From Spirochaetia bacterium (GTDB lineage Bacteria > Spirochaetota > Leptospiria > Turneriellales > JAOUOS01): a stretch of DNA of 64,000 bases. The notes below the pieces were generated by a model. It made no database searches. It was given only the letters and a program-made list of their open reading frames with translations, and was not told the origin of the DNA. The first letter of the stretch is position 1, and each line of letters starts with the position of its first letter. Shown one piece after another: positions 28,374 to 38,032 of the stretch. Location: the NCBI GenBank assembly GCA_029880265.1, contig JAOUOT010000001.1:19485-83484 (forward strand). The letters are read 5' to 3'. The position numbers and the translations under genes are program-made.

Positions 28374-28530
28374 TACCTTAAACTATTATAAATATAGATA
28401 TAAGAAAACTTTCTTGTGTTGTAAAGCGTTTTTTAAGACGCTTTTTTGCGGTCACTGAAAACTTTATAAATTAATTACTGTAAAAAGTTGAAACATCTGA
28501 CGAAAATAAAACAATAAGGGAAAGATAAAA

Positions 28531-28797
28531 ATGGATATAAGTAATGAAATAGAAAGTCAATTTATATTAAATGCCTCTTCGGTTCAGACACAGGGAGAAA
28601 GTTTATACGGACAAGATAATAAAGAATCCCTCGAACAGTTAGAGAAAAAATATGAGTTTATTTACAACAACCCCCAAAAAAAAACAATCGAAGCGAGCAG
28701 TATAGCCATACAGCTGGGTTTACGATATATGGAAAGCGGCAACTATCAGAAAGCCCTGGAGGTAATGGAAAGAATAAAAAATAAAGTTTTATATTAA
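28531..28797 (+). CDS. Small hypothetical protein (88 aa, TPR-like helix pair)
   Basis: ORF with downstream gene 18 bp away. Weak support. Confidence 0.35.
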   Translation: MDISNEIESQFILNASSVQTQGESLYGQDNKESLEQLEKKYEFIYNNPQKKTIEASSIAIQLGLRYMESGNYQKALEVMERIKNKVLY

Positions 28798-28815
28798 GTT
28801 CAAAAGATTTCATAA

Positions 28816-30495
28816 ATGCTCTATATGAATAGATTATTTCAAAAATTGGCTTTTATTACCTGCATTTTTTTATTATACTCTTCAAATAAATTATTTAGTC
28901 AAAAACATGGCGTTTCACTAGAAGACGAGCTAGACGTTTCAGAAAATAATTCGACAGACTCTAAAAAGTCATCAAGTGTAATAGATAAAGAAGAGATCGT
29001 CGTAGAAGGCGAAGATGAGCAAATCATCGAAACTACCCATAACGGCGATATTATTAAGGCTCCCAAAGATACTGAAATCAGCGAGTGGGAAGAAGGGGCC
29101 GACAAAATAATAAAAAAAGAGAAAAGGGGCGTGAAAAAAATAGAAAAGAGAGCCCAAATCAAAACCGAATATGGATTATATAATACATTGGGCGTAGATA
29201 TTTATGTAACAAAAAAAGACGACTTTGGACTTTATCTTTTAGAATACGCAAGATTAAAAAAAGATTCAGAGGGAAGAAAGAATAAAAGTTATACCGATTC
29301 AGAAACTTCCATTGATAATTTGAATCTGGTGAGTCATTTTAATATAAACGACAGTTATAAGTTAATGATGAAAATCATGTATGACGACGATTTGCATGGT
29401 CTTCAAAATGAAAGCTCTTACTCTAAGCAATTTAAGAGAGGGGCGCAGCTTGAAATACAAAATCAATTTCGGCCCAGCATCTCTCAAAAATTGAACATCT
29501 CGGCTAAAGGTCAATATATCGGCTCTGATCTCGAAGAGCAAATTCTTCCTAAAACAAATTCTTCATTTCATAAAGCCGAAATAAACGGAACCTGGCATTA
29601 TATTTTTGGGCGCAGAAATTCTTTTAGCGCCGATATGAGTTTCTGGTATGCAGAAATGAAAACTCATTACGCAGATACAAAACAGCGTTATCGAAGCGGC
29701 AGCATTAATGTCTGGGATATCTTTCCTATTTATAAAACATATTCCGGCGAAAATAAAACGCCATGGGAAATAAGCGCTACCCTCGGATTAAAAACTTTTT
29801 TTGCCAATAATATGAACTCTGTTTTTGGACCATATCTTGTTTTTGACAGTTTTTACGGCGATTGGCGCTCAAAATTAATATTTGAAAGAACGGCAAAAAT
29901 ACCTTCTTCCTATGAAAACTTTATTCATCAATCTTACTCTAATCTTACATATTACGAAAAACCTGAAGACGAATGGAAACTAAGCTGGCAAAATCGTTTT
30001 TCATTGAGTAAAAATTCCGCTCTGAAAATTGAAATTGGATATTCTTATTTTATATTTTATTATGAACCGTTTTACATGACAGACGGATTATACGAATATC
30101 AGAACAAGAATTTTAAGCTACTTTACGCAGAGATTGCATTAGATCAAAATTTTGGCAAAGATCTCTATTATGAAATTGGTCTAAAAGCCGAACGCCATCA
30201 TACACAGGTAAATTTAAGATCGCCATTATCGGCCTACTTAAAGAGTCATTACACGCCCGGTACATGGGATATCGGAATCGAGCTGTTGTTCACCGGTAAA
30301 AGATCGGTAATAATCAACGAGATAACCTACTTGAAACCATATACGCTTTTAAATGTAATTATCGATAAAAAAATTAACCCTACAGTAAGTTTTTTCCTTA
30401 AAGGCGAAAATCTTTTAAACCAAAACTATGTTCTTCTGCCGCCCTATAAGACATCGGGCGCAAAAGGATACATTGGCTCAAATATATTATTTTAA
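28816..30495 (+). CDS. Outer-membrane beta-barrel protein (porin/receptor-like) with acidic N-terminal extension
   Basis: Signal peptide. Alternating hydrophobic beta-strand pattern. C-terminal ...YIGSNILF ends in Phe, as is typical for OM barrels. Confidence 0.55.
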   Translation: MLYMNRLFQKLAFITCIFLLYSSNKLFSQKHGVSLEDELDVSENNSTDSKKSSSVIDKEEIVVEGEDEQIIETTHNGDIIKAPKDTEISEWEEGADKIIKKEKRGVKKIEKRAQIKTEYGLYNTLGVDIYVTKKDDFGLYLLEYARLKKDSEGRKNKSYTDSETSIDNLNLVSHFNINDSYKLMMKIMYDDDLHGLQNESSYSKQFKRGAQLEIQNQFRPSISQKLNISAKGQYIGSDLEEQILPKTNSSFHKAEINGTWHYIFGRRNSFSADMSFWYAEMKTHYADTKQRYRSGSINVWDIFPIYKTYSGENKTPWEISATLGLKTFFANNMNSVFGPYLVFDSFYGDWRSKLIFERTAKIPSSYENFIHQSYSNLTYYEKPEDEWKLSWQNRFSLSKNSALKIEIGYSYFIFYYEPFYMTDGLYEYQNKNFKLLYAEIALDQNFGKDLYYEIGLKAERHHTQVNLRSPLSAYLKSHYTPGTWDIGIELLFTGKRSVIINEITYLKPYTLLNVIIDKKINPTVSFFLKGENLLNQNYVLLPPYKTSGAKGYIGSNILF

Positions 30496-30523
30496 CATAA
30501 GACGATAGATAAAATCTCTTGAC

Positions 30524-31486
30524 TTAAAAACTTAATAATTTTCTAAACTGCGATTCAAGAAGACTTCTTTCAGGCTTATCAGGCAAAAATTGAATACCGG
30601 TCAAAATTTGATCGGCAAGATTATTTAATTTCTTTTCTGTTTCGATTTTTGCTCCCGACTTTGTAAGAATATCTAAAAACTTTTTTTGAATTGATTCTTT
30701 TTTTCTTTCTTTCACTGGTTTAGTAAAAAAACTCTTAATACTTACGCCGTAATTTTCGATGTTTTTAGCGATAATTACGGGATAAGTATAAATGCCTCGT
30801 TCAAAATCTTGAAACGGATCTTTCTTTAGAAGCTTCGCGTTATAATAATCGAGATAATCGTCTCTAATTTGAAAAAAAAGACCCATGTTTTTTCCTAAGT
30901 CTGAAAGCTTTGTGAAATCTTTGTTTGATAATTTGGCCCAAATTGCCGCAGCCTCGGCGGCGGCTTGAAATAAAGACGCAGTTTTTCCGTATATTATTTT
31001 ATAATAAATTGAAATATCAATATCTTCGCGTGCTTCGTATTCCATTTGAAGAAGTTCCGCGACTGATAAATCATGAATTACTCTTGTAAAAACAGACATT
31101 AGCTTATGATTTTTAAATTCATTAAGTTTTTTTATTCCGCATGCAAGCAAGAAATCTCCTCCTAAAATCACTTCTTTATTGCCAAACAATGACTTTCCTG
31201 AAGGTTTGCCGCGTCGGGTCATAGAGTCGTCAAGAACGTCGTCATGCAGCAAACTTGCGGCGTGTATAATTTCTGTAATGGCTCCTAAAGTAAAAGCTCC
31301 CGATCTTTCAGATTCATAGATCTCGCTTAAAAAACAAAGCAACAATGGGCGAATTCTTTTTCCCCCGGTTTCTATAACGAAATCTTTTATTTTTTGTAAG
31401 ATTATTAAATCTTCTTGAATAATATTTTTTAATTCTTTATCTACCGCATTTATGATAGTCGCAGCCGATTTTTTTTCAGTAAACAA
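30524..31486 (-). CDS. Polyprenyl diphosphate synthase (IspB/octaprenyl-diphosphate synthase-like)
   Basis: First DDxxD motif (LLHDDVLDDS) and second (FQIRDDYLD) of trans-isoprenyl diphosphate synthases. Confidence 0.8.
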   Translation of the reverse strand: MFTEKKSAATIINAVDKELKNIIQEDLIILQKIKDFVIETGGKRIRPLLLCFLSEIYESERSGAFTLGAITEIIHAASLLHDDVLDDSMTRRGKPSGKSLFGNKEVILGGDFLLACGIKKLNEFKNHKLMSVFTRVIHDLSVAELLQMEYEAREDIDISIYYKIIYGKTASLFQAAAEAAAIWAKLSNKDFTKLSDLGKNMGLFFQIRDDYLDYYNAKLLKKDPFQDFERGIYTYPVIIAKNIENYGVSIKSFFTKPVKERKKESIQKKFLDILTKSGAKIETEKKLNNLADQILTGIQFLPDKPERSLLESQFRKLLSF

Positions 31487-31499
31487 AATAATAACCTGA

Positions 31500-32501
31500 T
31501 TAAATTGAATTTAAGATATCTTTCTTTTTAGAGTCAAATTCATCTTGAGTTATTAGACCCTGATCAAATAAACTTTTAATTTTTTGTAATTTAATAGCGG
31601 GGTCTTCGACTGATGACTGCGGTTTTATCTTATCCGCCGCTTGAGCCATCATGCCGCCCATCATTTGCGCCATATTCATTCCCATTCCCATTCCTATTCC
31701 CGCGCCCATCATCTGACCGCTGCCTGCGCCCTCGTTAGTGGCGGCGGCTTCGCCTATATCAAGCATTCTCTTTTGCTGATACCGCTCGCCTAAAATATCT
31801 ATTTCTGCCTTATCTGCAAGAGCCTGTTTAAGCTTCTTAACCGACGCGTCGTCTTCAGGAACATTAATCGATTCGATAAAGAACTCAATAATTTCTAAGC
31901 CATACTTTTCAAAAGTCTCTTTAAGTTTTTCTTTTGCCTTTTCTGAAGTTTCGTCGATTTGAGTCGGCAGCGTAACAATATTCAAATCGCCTGAACTTAA
32001 GAGCTCCGCTATAATATCAGAAAGTTTACTGGTAATAACGCCTTTTAAAAAACCGTCGATATCTTCAGTAGTCGTTTTATGAGACGTTCCAACAATTTCT
32101 GTTAAAAAATGACGGCTGTCTTTGATTTTAATTCCGTATTGTCCAAATGCTCTAACCGGTATAAAGAGCCCATATTTAGCATCTTGCGCCTGAATTGGCG
32201 TTTTAGTTCCCCATCTTAAATTGGTGAAAGCGTTTTTATTAACAAACCATACTTCGGCCGCGAAAGGAGTATCTCCCCCAAATGGAATATTTACCAATTT
32301 TTCAAGCAAAGGAATGTTTCCAGTTTTTAACGTGTATGTTCCGGCCCCAAAAACATCAAGAGCCTGGCCGCCTTTATAAAATACCGCCTCCTGCGCTTCG
32401 TTTACAACCAATTGAGAACCCCATACTATCTGATCGGTAGGAAATCGCCATACTAGTTCGTCAGATGATGCGTCATATTTTATGCGGTCTATTATCGCCA
32501 T
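31500..32501 (-). CDS. SPFH/band-7-like domain protein with Gly/Met-rich linker and C-terminal SHOCT domain
   Basis: N-terminal SPFH-like region. GMGMGMNMAQMMGGMM low-complexity linker. C-terminal KIKSLFDQGLITQDEFDSKKKDIL matches the SHOCT consensus. Confidence 0.55.
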   Translation of the reverse strand: MAIIDRIKYDASSDELVWRFPTDQIVWGSQLVVNEAQEAVFYKGGQALDVFGAGTYTLKTGNIPLLEKLVNIPFGGDTPFAAEVWFVNKNAFTNLRWGTKTPIQAQDAKYGLFIPVRAFGQYGIKIKDSRHFLTEIVGTSHKTTTEDIDGFLKGVITSKLSDIIAELLSSGDLNIVTLPTQIDETSEKAKEKLKETFEKYGLEIIEFFIESINVPEDDASVKKLKQALADKAEIDILGERYQQKRMLDIGEAAATNEGAGSGQMMGAGIGMGMGMNMAQMMGGMMAQAADKIKPQSSVEDPAIKLQKIKSLFDQGLITQDEFDSKKKDILNSI

Positions 32502-32665
32502 TTAGAACCTCTTTATATTTGCAAATTTATTTATTTGAGAAGTTCATAAACAAAAAGCCTACTGTCAACTTATATTTTTTTAGCCTGTTTGTTTTATAAA
32601 CTTGCTATACAACGAATCTGCATTTTAAATTCTAACCAAAAAAGAAAGCTTAAAAAAATAATATT

Positions 32666-34144
32666 ATGAGCCATAAAAAGAGATACACATTATCGGGGAT
32701 GGTCTTTAGAAAAGAACGCTTATTAAACGAAATAGATAAAGATCATAAGTTTTCAAAATCTGATATACAAGACAATTTATCTCATCCTTTATTAAAAGAT
32801 ATCAGAAAGCCAAAAGATAATTATCCAAAACTTTCAGAAGTTCAGCTTGTTCGTCATTATTCGAGATTGGCTAGGCAAAATTATTCATGGGAAGACGGCC
32901 TTTATCCCTTAGGTTCATGTACAATGAAGTACAACCCCGTATTAAATGAATGGGCGGCCAATAACGCTTCTTTTTCTAAATTACATCCTTATCTTCCTGA
33001 AAACCTTTCGCAGGGTGCCATGCAAATAATTTTTGAAACTCAACAGGCCATTGCTGAAATAGTTGATTTGCCCGGTTCAACATTGACGCCGGCAGCGGGC
33101 GCTCACGGCGAATTGGCGGGCGTTTTTATGATGCGAAATTATTTTGAAGAAAGAAACGAAAAAAGAAATATTATCTTAATACCAGACTCTGCTCATGGCA
33201 CAAATCCGGCTTCAGCGGCAATGGGAGGCTTTCAGGTTAAAAAAGTGCCCTCAAATGAACAGGGTTTAACCGATATAGAGGCGTTAGAAAAACTTACAGA
33301 TGAAAATACCGCCGCGCTAATGATAACAAATCCTAACACTTTAGGAATATTTGAATCAGAAACCTTAAAAATAAAAAATATTTTAGAAAAAAAAGGAGCG
33401 CTGCTATTTGTAGACGGAGCCAATTTAAATGCATTGATAGGCAAAATATCTTTCAAAAAAATGGGGGTAGACCTTAGCCAATTGAATTTACATAAGACCT
33501 TTTCAACCCCGCACGGCGGCGGCGGGCCTGGGCAGGGAGCTCTGGTTTGTTCAGAGAGAATGTTGCCATATCTTCCCGAGCCGCATATAAAATGCGCAGA
33601 AAAAGAAGGACGTCTCGTTTACGAGTTTTACAAACCCCAAAAGTCAATAGGGGCAATTAAAGGTTGTTATGGTCAATTTGCGGTTATCTTAAGAGCATGG
33701 GTATATATTAAAAAATGGGGAAATCAAATTCACAAATCTGCAGAAAGAGCCGTATTAAACGCCAACTATATGCGCAAAAGGTTAGAGCCTTATCTAAGCA
33801 TTGCTTCTAAATTACCCACTATGCATGAGGCTGTTTTCAATCACAATACCTTAAAAGATAAAGATATCACAACCATGAATTTTGCAAAAGCGCTAATAGA
33901 CAGGGGCTTTTATGCCCCTACTGTTTATTTTCCTCTGAATGTTCCGGGAGCAATTATGGTAGAGCCGACAGAAACCGAAACAAAAGAAGAAATGGACGAT
34001 TTTATTGACGCGGTAAAAGATATTTTTGAAACAATAGAAAAAGAGCCTGAAAAAATAAAAAACTCTCCATTGAACTCTTTCGTTAGAAAAATTGACGAGG
34101 TGCAGGCCTCTAAAAATCCGATATTAACCTGGGATATGATTTAG
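32666..34144 (+). CDS. gcvPB: Glycine dehydrogenase (decarboxylating) subunit 2, GcvPB
   Basis: GSCTMKYNP, DSAHGTNPAS, TAALMITNPNTLG, LNLHKTFSTPHGGGGPG and YFPLNVPGAIMVEPTETE blocks align with B. subtilis GcvPB. Confidence 0.9.
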   Translation: MSHKKRYTLSGMVFRKERLLNEIDKDHKFSKSDIQDNLSHPLLKDIRKPKDNYPKLSEVQLVRHYSRLARQNYSWEDGLYPLGSCTMKYNPVLNEWAANNASFSKLHPYLPENLSQGAMQIIFETQQAIAEIVDLPGSTLTPAAGAHGELAGVFMMRNYFEERNEKRNIILIPDSAHGTNPASAAMGGFQVKKVPSNEQGLTDIEALEKLTDENTAALMITNPNTLGIFESETLKIKNILEKKGALLFVDGANLNALIGKISFKKMGVDLSQLNLHKTFSTPHGGGGPGQGALVCSERMLPYLPEPHIKCAEKEGRLVYEFYKPQKSIGAIKGCYGQFAVILRAWVYIKKWGNQIHKSAERAVLNANYMRKRLEPYLSIASKLPTMHEAVFNHNTLKDKDITTMNFAKALIDRGFYAPTVYFPLNVPGAIMVEPTETETKEEMDDFIDAVKDIFETIEKEPEKIKNSPLNSFVRKIDEVQASKNPILTWDMI

Positions 34145-36040
34145 CATTGAAATACTTTTCTTAAAAAGATATGTAGTTTTTCCGCAGGCTTTCAGCATTG
34201 CCCGATAAAGTTCTTCGGCTGTCTGCTTTCCCGAACCTTCAGTTATTTCAAGAATTATATTTTGCGCGTTTAACGATAATATTTTATTGGCTTCTTTGTA
34301 TTTTCTTATTTTTTTATCATTTTCGTTTAATTGAGATATCAGTCTTATCTTTTTCTTTTCGTCTTTTGTTTTAATTAAATCTGTCGAATGATTCAGATTT
34401 TCAGAATATAACTTTTTTAACTTCATTATGTCAGTATAAAGATATTGAATTTTTTGATAAGCGTCAGATAAATTTTGAGATAGATGTTTTTCAGAGTTCT
34501 TTATCAGAGCGTCTTTTATATTATAATCTATGTTTTCGTCTTTTTCTGTAAATATTTCGGGTAATGATTTATGAATGTAACCGTTTAGAAGAGCTCCGTT
34601 TGCCGTTGCGTTATAAAGTTCTACATTATCCTGTTTAGATAAAATTGACGCCTGATTCTCAAACCAATCGATAAATATTTTAAGCTTTGCATTGGTATAA
34701 AGAGCAGACATTGTATTTTTATGAATAGATTTTACCGGTATAGGCGGCAGAGATTTCATTTGCATACGGTTATGATTTTCAATTTTTACAAATCTATCTG
34801 TTTTTAAAAAAAGAACCGATTCTAAAACCGAACCTTTAACATGCGCGTTTTTATCTGAAAAAGAAAGATCTTGTCCTATTAAAATTATCTTTGAAGCTTT
34901 TAGTTTAATTGCGATATCAAAAGCGTTTGTAGATACAGAGCCTCCGTGGGCAATTTCTCCTCTATCTTTGGTTATACCGCGAATTATTTCATCTAAATAA
35001 AACGGATTATCCCACCATACCATATTGCATTTTTTTGACGCTAAAAAATGAGAAATAGAATGACACACAACAGGATCTAATACCCAAACCGATTTATTAA
35101 CGTCAGAATTAAGAGAATAATAAGTATTTATCGCCTGCGGATCCGCAGAAATAACGATATCGGGCACGATTTTATTTTTCGCTAAAGGTATAAAAGCCGT
35201 ATCTGCCGCAATTAAAAAATATCTTTCGCGATATGCTTTCAAGTCTTCATAACTGTCAGATAAAGAAGGCCCCGCTCCGGCGATAACAATGGGTTTGCTT
35301 ATTTTATTTTTTATTAATTCATTAAGGGTATTGCCTGAGATTATATCTTTTATATTTAAGCAGATGTTCTTATTCCATAAATCTTGAAATTTAATTAATG
35401 TCGCCTGATTAACCGATCTTTTTTGAAATAAATCATACAACGACTTTTGTAAAGTTTGATATATTTCGGGAAACGCTCTTAGCGCGGGAGGGTGGTTAAC
35501 GGCCAAAATACTTTCAATTGTTTTATTTTGAAAAAAAGGAAGTATTGGCTCTAGATTTACGTCATAATCAATATTATAAGCATACAGAAATAATTTTTTA
35601 CTCTGTATTATATAGTCTGAAAAATCCTGCGATAAAAAATAGAAAAGCATTTCAAAATCAGGCTCTATCAGAAGAATAGATTTGATATTTTCATCGTCAA
35701 AAGCCTCTTTAATCATATAGCCCGCCCCCGAACCTAAAAATATCAAGTGCCTGCAATTTGACTTGCGCTCCCGAATAAAAAGATCTAACTGTCTTTTAGC
35801 TTCTCTTACAGGATCCCTTCTTGAATGATACCATATATCATTTTTCTTAACAGAAAAATATGGATCTTTTTCTATAACTGAAGTAAATATCTCAGGATTT
35901 TTAATATCATTTAAGAAATTTTCAAATTTGTAGTTACTTGAAAAATATATATTGTTTTGCCGGTGTAAATAATTTAGATTTTTCAACGCCAATTCATAAT
36001 AATTAGTTTTTTCAAACGAGTTCTGTTTAGAATTAGACAT
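34124..36040 (-). CDS. Motility-accessory-factor (Maf)/DUF115 glycosyltransferase-family protein
   Basis: 638 aa with the central 6-hydroxymethylpterin-diphosphokinase-like (MptE-like) core typical of Maf proteins (VIAGAGPSL...). Starts 11 bp downstream of nosL on the same strand. Its 3' end overlaps gcvPB convergently by 21 bp. Confidence 0.5.
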   Translation of the reverse strand: MSNSKQNSFEKTNYYELALKNLNYLHRQNNIYFSSNYKFENFLNDIKNPEIFTSVIEKDPYFSVKKNDIWYHSRRDPVREAKRQLDLFIRERKSNCRHLIFLGSGAGYMIKEAFDDENIKSILLIEPDFEMLFYFLSQDFSDYIIQSKKLFLYAYNIDYDVNLEPILPFFQNKTIESILAVNHPPALRAFPEIYQTLQKSLYDLFQKRSVNQATLIKFQDLWNKNICLNIKDIISGNTLNELIKNKISKPIVIAGAGPSLSDSYEDLKAYRERYFLIAADTAFIPLAKNKIVPDIVISADPQAINTYYSLNSDVNKSVWVLDPVVCHSISHFLASKKCNMVWWDNPFYLDEIIRGITKDRGEIAHGGSVSTNAFDIAIKLKASKIILIGQDLSFSDKNAHVKGSVLESVLFLKTDRFVKIENHNRMQMKSLPPIPVKSIHKNTMSALYTNAKLKIFIDWFENQASILSKQDNVELYNATANGALLNGYIHKSLPEIFTEKDENIDYNIKDALIKNSEKHLSQNLSDAYQKIQYLYTDIMKLKKLYSENLNHSTDLIKTKDEKKKIRLISQLNENDKKIRKYKEANKILSLNAQNIILEITEGSGKQTAEELYRAMLKACGKTTYLFKKSISMLNHIPG

Positions 36041-36051
36041 TTATAAATAGA

Positions 36052-36567
36052 TTATCTGCGGGGTTGTTTTTTAAATATCTTGCTTTTCCATTCGTTGATA
36101 TATAAGTTAAATTCTTCGCCGCTAATTAAAGATCCGTTGTATTGCGCTTCGGCCTTATTAAAAAGTTCTCTGGTTTCATAAGCAGATAGACCGGCCCCCA
36201 TAGGAGATTTTAATTTATCAGATTTTAATATTAGGGCTTTGTTAAAATCTATCCATTTTCCATTTTGCATAAAATCGCCCGCCCATGACGAATTAATCTT
36301 CGACATATTGGCGCCCGACCAGGCCTTCAGGCATTCAATAGAATCAAAATTATGAATTTTTCCTTTATGCGTAACAACCTGACCGCGAAATCGAAGATCT
36401 GAAATTTTCATTTTACAATAATGACAATCGTGTTCCCCCGCTTTAAAATTTACGGGTTCTTTAGGAACGCCGCAGGCTGTAATATTATAAACAATAATTA
36501 AGATAAAGAATGCTGATTTTAGACAATTGCTAAAATAATTATTATTCATTAAAAATCCTTTTTTCAA
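36052..36567 (-). CDS. nosL: Copper chaperone NosL (lipoprotein)
   Basis: Lipobox ITAC. CHYCKM Cu-binding motif characteristic of NosL. Position is at the end of the nosDFY module. Confidence 0.75.
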   Translation of the reverse strand: MKKGFLMNNNYFSNCLKSAFFILIIVYNITACGVPKEPVNFKAGEHDCHYCKMKISDLRFRGQVVTHKGKIHNFDSIECLKAWSGANMSKINSSWAGDFMQNGKWIDFNKALILKSDKLKSPMGAGLSAYETRELFNKAEAQYNGSLISGEEFNLYINEWKSKIFKKQPRR

Positions 36568-37330
36568 TTTTTTGCATAATTCTTAAAATCGGCAAAACTG
36601 TCCAAAGCATGAGAATAAATATCGAAATTAGCATTCCCAAACCGCCTCCGAAAAATTTTTGAAAAACAGCTCCTGTATAGCCCAAGAGAGCTGAAATATC
36701 TAGTTTTAACAAGACCAGTATTCTCGATAAATCAATAGGATTTAACGCTGTAGCTATTAATGAAACCTTTTCAAGGGGATATTCGTTAAAAACCATCAGA
36801 GAAATCAGAAACAAACCGTCATAAATCACCGCTAATAAAAGCCACAACAAAATTGCCGCGGCAAATCCTTTTATTTTATTTTCATTACTCAAAGCTATAT
36901 TAAAGGCCAGAGCCGTAAAAATAAATGTTAAAAAAACTCCTGAAATAAGCAATGAAAAAAAATCGCCTATCGCTGGAGAGCGAAATATTCCGTAAAATAA
37001 AAAAGGAAACCCCAGACCGAGAACAAAACTAAAAGACAACGATAAAGATAAACCAAGATATTGTCCTATAAATATCGTCGAGCGCTTAATTGGCTTAGCA
37101 AGCAATAACTGGGTAAACTCTTTAGAATTATAAAAATAGATGACTCCAAAAACCGTTCCTATCAAAGGCGAAAGCACTAGAATTATATTGACCAGGGTTA
37201 TTACAGCTTTTGATACATCGCTGCTAAGAAATAACAGAGTAAAGCCAATAATAAAATAGAAAGCAAAATAAAAATAACTCCATTGACTTCGACTAATATC
37301 TGAAAAACTATATCGTAATATTTTTAACAA
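36542..37330 (-). CDS. nosY: ABC transporter permease NosY
   Basis: Six TM-helix ABC-2 type permease directly following the nosF-like ATPase. Confidence 0.7.
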   Translation of the reverse strand: MLKILRYSFSDISRSQWSYFYFAFYFIIGFTLLFLSSDVSKAVITLVNIILVLSPLIGTVFGVIYFYNSKEFTQLLLAKPIKRSTIFIGQYLGLSLSLSFSFVLGLGFPFLFYGIFRSPAIGDFFSLLISGVFLTFIFTALAFNIALSNENKIKGFAAAILLWLLLAVIYDGLFLISLMVFNEYPLEKVSLIATALNPIDLSRILVLLKLDISALLGYTGAVFQKFFGGGLGMLISIFILMLWTVLPILRIMQKIEKRIFNE

Positions 37331-38032
37331 CTATCTGCCTCCTAAAATTTTGGCGATTGCGCTTTCAAGTGTTTTTTCTTTTGTTTTTTTCTTTATCTCG
37401 TCAATAGTGCCCTGAAAATACTTTTTACCCTCAAGCATAAAAACAATTTCATCGGATATCTCTTCGGCCAGGCTCATAATATGAGTGGTTATTAAAATTG
37501 TTTTACCTTCTTTTTTTTGGGTTTCAATAAGTTCTTTCATTTGAATTATTGACAAGGGATCAAGCCCGGTTGACGGTTCGTCAAGAATAATAATTGAGCT
37601 ATCAAACATAAAAGCCAAAACTAAATTTACTTTTTGTTTTGTTCCGCCTGATAAAATGCTTAGTTTTTTATCAAGAAAAGGATCAAGGCCAAAAAGCTCT
37701 ATAAGAGCGCTTTCATTCGCTTCTTTGGCGCGCAAATCTTTTACCATCTCTATTAATTCACTAACGGTTAAGTTTGCCGGAAAATCGGCAATTTGCGGCA
37801 GATAATTTATATCGTTTCGGTATTCCCATTTTTTTATTATATTTTTCTCGTTAATTAAGATACTGCCTTGATCAGGAATTACCATACCTAAAATACATTT
37901 AATTAATGTGGTTTTTCCAGAGCCATTAGGCCCCAAAATGGCAAATACTCCTTTTTTTGAAATTTTTAGATTTATATCTTCTAAAGCATTTAATCTTCCG
38001 AAACTTTTCTTTAAATTTTTAAATTCAATCAT
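37331..38032 (-). CDS. nosF: ABC transporter ATP-binding protein NosF
   Basis: Walker A GPNGSGKTT, signature LSGGTKQK, Walker B IIILDEPSTGLD. Start overlaps the nosD stop (ATGA). Confidence 0.8.
   Translation of the reverse strand: MIEFKNLKKSFGRLNALEDINLKISKKGVFAILGPNGSGKTTLIKCILGMVIPDQGSILINEKNIIKKWEYRNDINYLPQIADFPANLTVSELIEMVKDLRAKEANESALIELFGLDPFLDKKLSILSGGTKQKVNLVLAFMFDSSIIILDEPSTGLDPLSIIQMKELIETQKKEGKTILITTHIMSLAEEISDEIVFMLEGKKYFQGTIDEIKKKTKEKTLESAIAKILGGR

Noticed and set aside
32502-32665. Possible glycine riboswitch upstream of gcvPB
   Set aside because: No conserved riboswitch core sequences are visible. The region is simply AT-rich.
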